Shown: one piece after another, positions 53,401 through 64,000 of the stretch
How positions within the stretch are numbered: position 1 is the stretch's first letter
Layout of the letters: each line of letters starts with the position of its first letter
DNA from: Auanema rhodensis
Taxonomy: Eukaryota; Animalia; Nematoda
Reading direction: 5' to 3'
NCBI GenBank assembly: GCA_964057225.1
Contig: OZ059898.1
Span: 8,556,001 to 8,620,000, forward strand
DNA length: 64,000 bases
Notes under the pieces: generated by a model
Told to the model about the DNA's origin: nothing
Seen by the model: the letters and a program-made list of their open reading frames with translations, nothing else
Database searches by the model: none
Program-made: the position numbers and the translations under genes

Positions 53401-54661
53401 ATGACTGTAAAACAATGTGATTCTGCACCCATTGGTGTTACTCGAAATATAACCGAAGTATTTAGCCTTCTCCGTTCAAATGCTCAACAAACTAAATTTT
53501 ATTCTCAAAATAGGTCAAGAGGAAGAAATGTTCCAGGTAATATCGTTCATATTTTTCTAACACTTTTCCTGTACATATCAATAATTATATACAACATATA
53601 TACAGAAGAACGAATGAGCTTAGTTAGTCTTGAAGACGGTGAAGACAATTCTGCTAGCACAGCAGAAATAATGTGGATTCATACTTGTGATGAAATAGAG
53701 TTTGATTTTGGCAGGTACGAACAAGCACGAAAGTGAATTTTTTAGTTGTTTTACAATTCAGAATACGTACGAGAATTGAAGAGTTAGCTACTGCTCAACA
53801 AAAGCATATTTCTCGACCTAATTTTGGGGACGAAGCTTTTGAAGCAGAAGAGAGAAGAATGGAAGGTTTAACCGAACAAATCACTACTATGATGTCACAT
53901 TGCCAACGTCTAATTAGGTGGGGTGCATTGAGTAAATGATTTTTAATGTTTTTTTTTTCAGCATGATGTCTTCCCAAGTATCGAGACATGAGTCTCATAC
54001 TGAGAAACAATTGAGGGAGAATGCTGTTAATTCTTTGGTATTCACTTTAAGCGAACTTACAAATGAGTTCAGATCACGGCAGTCAAAGTATTTGAACGAT
54101 ATTAAGGTTATATTTAGGATTATATTAAGGATTATATTAAATTTATATTTTTTTAAAGAAAAGGCGAAATGAAGTGGATAATTTTCTAATAACAATGGGT
54201 CATGAAGATTCATCTTGGGAAGGACTTTTGGATACGGCCCCAAATCAAGAATATACCATGGATCAAATTCAGACAATGATGATGAATGATCAAGAAGTTA
54301 AAGAGAGAGAAGCCGAGGTATTTTTATCTTCAGTTATTTTAAGTCTTGAATTCATGCTTCAGGTTCTTGCTGTTAATTCATCAATTCGGGAGTTGAATAC
54401 ATTGTTTAAGGATCTCTCTTCTATGGTAATTGATCAAGGGACTATTTTAGATAGGTATCAATATATTACCAAACTGTTAAATACTTTTGCTTCAGAATTG
54501 ATTACAACGTTGAGCAAGTTTGTATTCGAGTTGGCAATGCAGTAACTAGTGTTAGAAAGGCTGAAAGCTCACAAAGGCGTGATAAAAAAATGCACTGCAT
54601 ATGCATGTTGGCAATCGCTATACTTTTCATACTTTTGCTTCTGATTTTTACTAAGTTTTAA
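53401..54661 (+). CDS. syx-16: Syntaxin-16 (multi-exon)
   Basis: N-peptide TRNITEVFSLLR, KHISRPNF, SNARE motif [31 protein letters not shown], C-terminal TM; stop 54659-54661. Confidence 0.92.
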
Positions 54662-54842
54662 TTTATTATACTCTGGGCATTCTTGCGTATTCCACTAATA
54701 ATTACGGGTATTTGTATAATTTATGGACGATTTTATGTATAAATATTATATCTATGTATAACAAATATAGTGATAATATGTTTGGTTCATTTTTCTTCTA
54801 TCTTCTAAGAATTGCTTCATATTTGTATACTGATACGTTAAG

Positions 54843-57800
54843 ATGGAAGGAGAAAGGCTAAGTACCAAAACTGCCCATCTCCTCCGGACTGCTGCTGTGA
54901 CACCGGATCATTTCAAAAATTTAGGGTCAGTAAAAGGCAAAAATAGCTTAAAAAGGAAATAGTTTATTCAGAAATCAACACACTTATGAATTCGGAGCAA
55001 TTGCCGAGTTCTTAGACAATGCTGTTGACGCATCAGCGACTTCCGTTCATATAAATATAGGTTTTAAAAGGTATTGGTATTCGTGGACTGTCAATGTTTT
55101 TAGAGCCACATGAGTTATCTTATGCAATGACATTTCTTGACGATGGCGTAGGCATGAGTAGAGAGGAGGTAACTTTAATATGACAATAGTTAAAAAAATT
55201 GTGTTTGAGTGTACAAATATAGCTGTATTAGGAGAATCCAAAAAAGCTGCAAGTAATAAAATTGGTAGATTTGGAACAGGATTGAAGTCGTGAGTCTTTA
55301 AAAAATATTTCTCGCAACTGATGTTTTCAATCAGAGGTGCTATGAAATTGGGAGAAGATTTTGTGTTGTTCACAAAAAAGAATGGATGTTTAAGTTGCAT
55401 TTATATGGGAACATCAGCTTCAAGAATAACGGGCATCCAGCAGGTAATTTTTACTCTATTTTTTATTGACAGATGTTTCACTTCAGATTGCTGTCGCCGT
55501 ACCATCTTTTGATGAGAAAACTCTACAACCTGTCGAAGAGAATATAGCGAGGGTGTGCATTAAGTTTATATAATAAGATTCAAAGTTTTTTACAGCATAA
55601 GTTGGAAATGAGAACAATTCTAGATTACTCTCCTTTTCGTACATCGGTAATTTAACCTAGTGAATTTCAAAACTGGTTTAATATTTTAAGGAATCTTTTT
55701 TCCGTCAGTTTTCCCGTATTCCTGGCTCCTCTGGAACTCTTTTAGTCGTTTATAACTTCCACTTAAATCCATCAGGAAGCATTAATTTCGATTTTGAGAG
55801 TTTTAGAGATGATATTTGTGTTAAGGACCAGTATGTTATATAGAAAATTACCAACTTAAAGCATTGTTTCAGTTTCCCTATCAGAGAATATGAAAGTTTA
55901 AGAGAATATCTTAGTATTCTTTACCTGAGACCCACTATGAAGGTAGTAGATCACTATAATTAATCTTAAATCTAATTTTTTTCAGATTTATCTTCGAAAC
56001 AAAAAAGTTATTACTGAACGATTGATGACCAGACTGTATAATACTAGACAATATAAAATTGAAACCAAACTGTTTCGTGGAAGTGCTGCTTCATCATTAC
56101 AGAAAAGAGAATTTGCGCTCGATAGAAGTATGTTATTTCTAATTTTACACTACCAATGTTTTGGTTTAGTTCGTCAGGAAAGTAATCGCGTGAAAGGTGA
56201 AATGTCTGCTTTGTGTATATCTGACAGAAGTCTAAGTCAAGCTGAAAGACAAAGACTAAGTTCAGAGAGACTTCGAAAGGAACAGTTGAGTTTTTCTTTT
56301 TTGGTCCCTGATACAATATAGTTTAAGACGATTGGAAGAGCTAAATCAAATAGTAAGGGATTCGGAAATTGAATTAAAAGAATTAAAGGTTAATTTTGTT
56401 TTTTTTCCTCATTCATGTTATAATTTCAGGAGAAACGAAAGTTTGACCTCACTCCTATATTTGGATTCAATGCTCACAACCGGTAAAAAAATACAATCAA
56501 AATATTATTTTAAACTGTAAACATTTTTCGAGCTAAGTATGGTATGATGTTATACTCCAACGGTCGCCTAATTAAAATGTACGAAAAAATGCCGTCACAA
56601 GATGGTAAAACATCTGCATCTCGCAAAAAAGATGAATGGTAGGATCAATCTCTTATCAGTAGAAATCATTTGTGTAGGCAATACCTAGGAGTTCTTTGTC
56701 TTCTTGACATTCCCTACACTGTAGTTGAACCTTCTGTGAACAAAGAATCGCTCGCGACCGAAAGGTAGTTTTCATCGCGATTGGAATCAACGTCATTGTT
56801 TATATTTAGAGAATTCAAAGGTGTACTCCGACTAATGAACGATTATCTTCAATATTTCTGGGAGGAGCAAATGCAAGTTTTCCGTAAAGAGAAAATAGCT
56901 AGTTCCATTGAGTTTTGGTATGATTAGAGTATTCATTTACGAATTATCTCACTTGTTTGAGGACCTCTATGGGATACTCCGGAACAGAATGGTTAGTTAT
57001 GCGTGGGCCCATGAAGAAGGAAGCTTATAAGAAAACTGGATTTGATGTTCAATGTGGTAAAATTACTAATGTGTAATGTTTTTTTATTTATTTTCTCAAG
57101 AAAATTGTGGAAAATGGAGAATTCTACCTTATACACAGAAGTTATTTGAGAGCAAACTACCAGATGATTGGCGATGTGAAGATAATCCAAATCCTTCTCT
57201 CAAGTCATGTAATAAACCTGAAACGATTATCAAGGTTTGTTCTTTTTTTTATAATGTTGTTCTTACTATATAGACGATAGATAAAAGAAGGAAAGAAGCT
57301 TCCCATTGAATCAACTTCAGCTCCACCACCTTCAAAGTCTGATCGTGGTTCGCGAGTAGTAAAAATTAAAGAAGAATTGGGAAGGCAAACACTAAATAGT
57401 GTTTCATCTGAAATTAGAGAAAATGTAAGAACTACTGTTGAACCGCAATATCGGCAACATGCTTCTACAAATCGTGCATTTGTGAGAATGTCTCTTATTA
57501 ATCCGGATGATTATTTGGAAGATTCGGATGATATGCCTGAAGAAGATATCCAAGTTGTAGAAGGAAATCGAATATCTCAGGATGCATTGGTAATAAGCTA
57601 GATTACGGGTTAAGCTATCATTTGCTCTTCAGAAATCACGCAGTTTAAAACGATCTTCTAGCAATTCTAACATGGATTTACCAACAAAAAAAATATCATC
57701 TGCTGTAAGAATACGAATTTTGTTTTCCTTCAGTGAGATAATTCAGGATAAAATCCAATCAAAGAAATCAAATTCGTCCACGTCATCTGATGTTATTACT

Positions 57801-58260
57801 TTGGATGAAGATGTCATTTTTCGTATTCCAAAGGTTAAGCGAGAATTCTCCTCATCTCAAGATTCCGATAATTATTCTTTACTCTTGTCATCTAATGATT
57901 TTCTTAAACAGGTATTTTCTAAAAAACATCCGCTTAATGATGAATACTATCTCTTTTATACTTCAACAACTAAAATTTAGAATGTTGACAATAATTGCTC
58001 CATGCCTTGTGAACTCAGTCAATTACTTGAATTTTTTGCTGAAAAGGTTAGGAAATTGACTTTCCACTGCGGAACATAATTTACCTTTAGGGTTCTTCTA
58101 CTGCGCGAGACACCCTTCTTGGCGCTGGAACTGAAAACAGTTATCGTGAAATTGCTGCGAAAATCTATAAAGAACTTGCAGTGATCGTGCTGGTAGGTTA
58201 TATTTAGAGTATTAACTATTAATATCATATTTGCAGCAAAACCATGCCATAGACTCATAA
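54843..58260 (+). CDS. morc-1: MORC-family GHKL ATPase with CW zinc finger (multi-exon; 3' end tentative)
   Basis: HTYEFGAIAEFLDNAVDA, FLDDGVGM, IGRFGTGLKSGAMKLG, SLREYLSILYL, CW finger VQC..CGKWR...WRCEDNPNP...C..PE. Confidence 0.9.
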
Positions 58261-60176
58261 TATCGGAGGCGTATGGATGAATGGTGTTCTTGAAAAAGAA
58301 GCGAACCTACTATATTTCCCCAGATATTTTCTAATCATAAATATGTTTTTTCCTTGATATCAAAAAACCATAGGTAAGTTGTTTGATTTAATCGTTCTTT
58401 GTGTATTTTTAGTGTATCAAAGATAACAAATTTGTGCTCTGTACCTTACGAATATAAACTCCTCGTTTTTCTTGCGTATCACACATTCGCCTATAATTGA
58501 TCTACTACAAATAAACGTGGTTGTTTCTTTTTGCCGATTCAATTAATCTTTTGTTTCTTAGTCTTTCAGATTTCGCTTATATAATAATTCATGATTAACA
58601 TACTTGTAGTTTTTGTTTCTCGTTGTACTTATTGTAATATATTCTTTGTTCACTAACAAAGCTGTATAAACAGTTTTAAAACAAATATTAATAACATCTT
58701 GAAAGCGTTGAGCGGTACAATATTTTTTTGCTTGCAAACATTTCCATTCTCTTTTATTATCTTCCACTATCCTTTCCTTACTATCTTGGTTTCTCGTACT
58801 CAACGAAAAAACGGCACTATTGACGTTCATCGAACGAGCGATCTGTCTACGAACCAGCCAGTCGCCTAATGCTTCCAAGCGATCTTTCAATATTCTCATT
58901 TATTTCAATCGTTGTCACTTACCTCTGGTTCATTGAACGAGAGCGTCGTCACGCTGACTCATCTGTTTTTCTACCCCCGTTTAGTTTTTAATTTCAATGC
59001 CTTAATTGGGTACACCAGTTATGAAATTTTGTGTCAAATATGTTCTTCATTCTTGTAGTTTCTTACTATATGATAACGTGATGTCGCTTTTATTTTATAA
59101 AAGAAAAAATTTCCTTTGCTATCGCCAACGTACCAACAAATCGATCTTGCTACCCTCTCACAGCAATTACCTTGTTAGAAGACTGCGAAATAACTGTGTG
59201 ATTCTGCAAGGCTAAAATTTATTTTCCTTAATTATTGCATATTCTCCCACTTTATTGAATCATTAGATATTACGACGTATAAAGAACTTACATAGTTATT
59301 ATTTTTTTAGCAGATTATGATTTTTTGAAAGTAAGCGTTATAGCTTTCGCTACGGTTCAACGTTTACTTATCGGAATCAACACGTTGTTTAACTTATTTT
59401 CATGATGTACATACAATCATTTTTTCTAAATCATATTACAAACTAACGTTTTTATGTTTACTTCGTCAGTTACTATTAGGCATTCAGCATAGAATTAACT
59501 TTTTTGTTATTTTCATTAATTTTTTTTTAAATTAGACAATTACCTTATAATTGTCAAGTTATTAGTTGATAACTTTCCTGCCATAAAACCTGTATCTTAA
59601 ATGAAACATGCTTTTTTAAGGAACTAGACTTGAATATAAATAGATTTTTACCTAGTCAGCATTTGCTCTTCATTCTGAATTATCTTCTTCTCGACCTGTG
59701 ATTCCAAATACGTGGTAATTATAAATTCTCATTATACTTTCATCAATATGAAAAATGTAGAGATTATTATTTTTCTAAACCTTCAACCTATACTAAAATA
59801 CATCATTCTCGCAGTTCGCTATGAGATTTAATCATAATTGATAAGCATAACAAGAAATCTCTTAATTTCCCATCTTTACACCGCAAAGGGTGCATGGTTT
59901 TGAGAAGGCGTGGCCTGTAATTTTTCGCGCGCTGGAGGCATAAGTATATGATTGAGAAGGCCCATACCACCTAGAGTATTAGAGTTTCGATATCTGGTTC
60001 TCCAGCTTTCAGTTGAAACTTCGATTCTGATCTATTTTAGTCTATAACTCTTTTTTTTAGTTTTCATTGAAACTTCCGAACATTGAAAGTTCCGGAGTTT
60101 ATTGTTTCTATTTTTTATGTCTTTCTCTACTGTAAACTTCCTGAATAAATATGTAATCTTGTAATCTATTTAGGTC

Positions 60177-63013
60177 ATGATGGACTGGATATTATCTCAA
60201 ATAGATGCATTTGATGTATTTATATTATTAATATGTTGTGCCGTGGCAGCATACTTTATGTTTTTAAAAAAGGGAACAAATGATAGGTAATATAAAGTTT
60301 GAAACATTTTCCAATATCAATTACTTAGATATTCCCCCAATGTTGTTTCCGTCCAACCAACTTCTAGGTCATCTAAGGATAAACCAGTTATTGACCGCAT
60401 GAAGGATGAAAAGAGACCCGTTAGTTTATCAAATATTATTTTTGCAAAATATTAGCAATATTTGACTAAGAAGTTTATTTCAAGGTTCTGATTATGTATG
60501 GATCTCAAACAGGAACTGCTGAAGAATTGTCCGGTCGCTTGTCCAAAGATTTCGCTCGTTACTCTCAGAAAGCTATTGTGCTAGATCCCGAACTTTTCGA
60601 CACTGACGATTTCGGGAGACTCACAGGTTGAAGATTCTAATCTTCAAGAAAACAAGAAAATGTTTTAGAAATTGAAAATTGTTTGCTTGTTCTTTGTATG
60701 GCCACTTATGGTGAGGGAGATCCAACGGATAATTCTCAGGGTTTGGTTGAATATATCAATTCAACTGATATAGATCTTAGTGGTGTCAGTTATGCGGTAA
60801 TTCACTGTAGTTATTGTTTCTGTTCATTAGTTTAAATCAGGTGTTCGGATTAGGAAACAAAACTTATGAACATTTCAATGCTGTAGGAAAGAATCTGGAC
60901 AGACGTCTTGAAGAATTAGGAGCTACTAGGGTTTTCGAACTCGGACAAGGAGATGATGATGCTAACTTGGAAGAAGACTTCATGAGGTTTTTGCTTGTTT
61001 TTCTTATGTTTTTTAATTGTCGTAATCTAATTAGATGGCGTGAGGGCTTCCTTCCAAAAGTTGCCGATCTTTTCAACTGGGAACTGAATACAAATATGGA
61101 AACAATGCGTCAGTACAGACTTGAATTGGTTCCTAAAGAAAAAAATTTACCGATTTTCCATGTATAACTTTGTTCAAATCAATGCTTCTATTTTTTAAAT
61201 TTTAAGGGTGAAATGGGAAGATTACATGGCTTTGAAAGAAAGAGGCCACCTTTTGATATGAAAAATCCTTACTACGCAACTGTTATGGTTAACGAGGAAC
61301 TTCACACAGAGCTTAGTGATCGTAGTTGTCGTCATATTGAATTTGACACATACGAAGGTATTTCTCTTTGTCTCATTTGTGTCATTTGTTTTCAAATCTC
61401 TGCGATTTTGTATTTTGTTTTACATCATTTTTCAGGTTTCCGTTATGAGGCTGGTGATCATTTAGCTGTTTTCCCTAATAACGATGAACGATTAATCAAC
61501 GAAATTATCGAACTGCTGAACTTTGATCCTGATCAGGTTTATAATATTCATGTGATATCATTATTAATGAACTTTCTTATAGGTTTTCCGTCTAATTAAT
61601 GTTGATGAAGATTCCTCCAAGAGAAATCCATTCCCATGTCCAACAACCTATAAGGAAGCATTAAAATATTATGTAGACATTTGCCAGCCAATCAAGAGTC
61701 ATGTACTAAAAGTAATACTTGTAATTTCGTTAAAAAATTATTTTCATAACTGTTTTAAGGCTATTAGTGAATATTGCTCTGATGACAATGAAAAGAATAA
61801 CCTTGTACTCCTTTCTACCGCCAGCGAAGAAGGAATGGTTTGTTTCTTTATTACTCTTAGTTGTGGAAACAAACTTTTCAGAAAAAGTATAATACTTACG
61901 TATGCAAAGAGCGTAGATCAATCGTGGATATTCTGAAGGAGCATCCTTCTTGTAAACCACCAATTGATTACTTATTGGAATTGCTTCCACGTCTTCAAGC
62001 CAGATACTACAGTATTGCATCCTCACCAAAACACAATAATAAGAGAGTATGTTTTCTTTTAGTTATTTATTGATAATATTAAAATGGAAATTTCAGGTTG
62101 CTGTTTGCGCTGTTGTTACAAGATATAACATCGGAGATCGCCAGCTGAAAGGAGTCTGTACAAATTATCTTGTTGATAAGGTTTGCTTTTTTTAAAATTA
62201 TTGTTATAAAATAATATATTTTTTAGCCTGCTGGTCAAAATGTTGCTATTTATGCCAGAAAATCGACTATGAGATTACCTCACCGCCAGACCAATCCAGT
62301 AATTATGATTGGTCCTGGTACAGGATATGCTCCATTCAGATCTTTCATTCAAGAAAGAGCTTTCCATAAGAAGAATGGTATAGACGTTTGCATTTGTTTA
62401 ACTTCATCCATAATTCTTCAGGGCGTGAAACTGGAGATATGTTCCTTTATTACGGTTGTCGTCATCCTGATCAAGACTTTATTTATCGTGAAGAACTTGA
62501 AGAAGCTGTCAAAGAAAATGTGGTTACCAAATTGTTCTGTGCTTTCAGTCGAGCTCAAGATAAAAAAGTCTACGTTCAGGTTTGTTTATATACTTTATTT
62601 TTTATTACTGTTTTGTTTTTAGGATAAACTTTGGGAATCTCGCGATATTGTGTACAAGGCTATTACTGATGGAGGATACATTTACGTTTGCGGGTAAATT
62701 TATTTCGATTTCTCCAATTGATTTTCAAACCCAATATATGAACATTTCTTGCAAAAGGAAAATGACGTTATTTGTTCACGTGTAATTACGTCAAGACGTG
62801 CTTCAGCATGCTAGAAATCGACTTACATGTCATATAATATTACAAAAAAACGAAAATCGGTTTTTCAGTGACGCTCGCTGCATGGCCCGTGATGTTCAAG
62901 CCACCCTTCTTCGGATATTTAGAGAGGAAGGTGGTAAAACAGAGCAGGAGGCTGCCGCTATGTTTAAAGATCTTGAGAAACAGCGTAGATATCAAGCCGA
63001 TGTTTGGTCTTAA
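60177..63013 (+). CDS. emb-8: NADPH-cytochrome P450 reductase (multi-exon)
   Basis: N-terminal [76 protein letters not shown]-terminus. Confidence 0.97.
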
Positions 63014-63341
63014 ATTTTATAATTTGCTAATATTTTTCATACATTTCATAAGCTAAACTTTCAATTTTCATTTCTGTCTAGCATTAATCAGGCATATTCT
63101 GGAAAGTTTTCTATCTTCTTTGTACTGCTTTTAATATCCTTACTAGAAATAATCAAATTCTACTGATTTATCAAAATTTTTTTCAAAGTAACTTACTAAT
63201 CATTTAAAGAGCTTTTTTCATAAATTTTTAATTTTTTTCATCAATCATCGCTATTTCTTAATTTTTCCCAGCTTGCGGGTATTTTTTTAAAATAATTTAA
63301 TTCAAATAAAGAAGTTATTATGCTTTATCATTGTACATTTA

Positions 63342-63603
63342 TCACCAGAGGGAGCCCCAGACATGTGATAAACTGAACCACTCATTGGTACTGAGACGTT
63401 TCGTGCTGTTGCTGTTTGAAGCATCACTGCAACAGGAAAAAATAGGAAAATTATAATTTTTCTAACTAAATAAGGTTTTTTTCTACTTGTTCAAATTTCT
63501 ATTATAAAATAACTATTTACCTGATTGAGCAGGATGACAGAGATACAAGACAGACAAGAAGAAGAATAAAGGAAAGCAGAAAAATCCGGGAAACAAAAGC
63601 CAT
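63342..63603 (-). CDS. Two-exon 55-aa secreted neuropeptide-precursor-like protein
   Basis: Exon 1 63603-63521 and exon 2 63426-63342 (donor AG|GTAAAT, acceptor TTGCAG): MAFVSRIFLLSFILLLVCLVSLSSCSISDASNSNSTKRLSTNEWFSLSHVWGSLW followed by TGA TAA; signal peptide plus KR site. Confidence 0.72.
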
Positions 63604-64000
63604 CTCGGTGAAGCGAATAGTCAAGAATGATCAAAATTATAGTTATAATAGGCGGTTTAATAGATTAACAGCGTCGTCCGTTGGGTAGGTTCTCAGGTTC
63701 TGAAGAAGAACTGTGAATGTTTTTCTTGAACGAAACCAGAACCTAAAAGCGAAACTGAAGGACAATGGGTTGATGAATGATGATGATATAACTATACATG
63801 GAATTAATAGGAACGCCTGTATGTACATGCCATGATGAAAACAACTGTATAGATACTATACAGAAAGCGGCAAATTGAATCATTTCATTATAGTCTTTCA
63901 AGATTTTATTGAGACCATTCGAATATTCTAGCTTTTATTTTTACCGATTTATTTGAAATATCAAATAATGCAAGATATTGAAATGTGTGCTAATTTCGAG

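Noticed and set aside
54098-54140. Short GATTATATTAAG-like tandem repeat
   Set aside because: Three degenerate units at the start of a syntaxin-16 intron; ordinary slippage.
1-64000. CRISPR arrays, rRNA or tRNA genes, prokaryotic systems
   Set aside because: The DNA is spliced eukaryotic sequence; I saw no repeat-spacer array or recognisable structural RNA by eye (tRNAscan/Infernal would be needed to exclude small RNAs).

Overview
AT-rich eukaryotic DNA with many short (~40-50 nt) GT-AG introns and TTTCAG-type acceptors, i.e. a rhabditid-type nematode genome (species not determined). Because the genes are spliced, most ORF-track entries are exon fragments or noise. Genes in order: 3' end of cyclin A (+); CX-module membrane protein (-); DHHC palmitoyltransferase dhhc-8 (+); a 5.6-kb palindrome (two 2,325-bp arms, 909-bp spacer) built around a Maverick/Polinton relic with AGTAGT termini, a 6-bp TSD and a protease fragment; ~12 kb non-coding DNA; a peptide-type GPCR (+) with an alternative last exon; a very divergent axonemal-type dynein heavy chain (dhc-3-like, -) whose introns hold Tc1, mariner, DD37D-like and Merlin-like elements; a KLHL18-like BTB-kelch gene (-); syntaxin-16 and MORC (+); NADPH-cytochrome P450 reductase (+); and a two-exon 55-aa neuropeptide-precursor-like gene (-) that the ORF track misses. 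The best leads are the Maverick-centred palindrome, the dynein with an eroded AAA1 P-loop but conserved stalk, and the W-x6-W peptide precursor. All family assignments come from motif recognition by eye; no searches were run.
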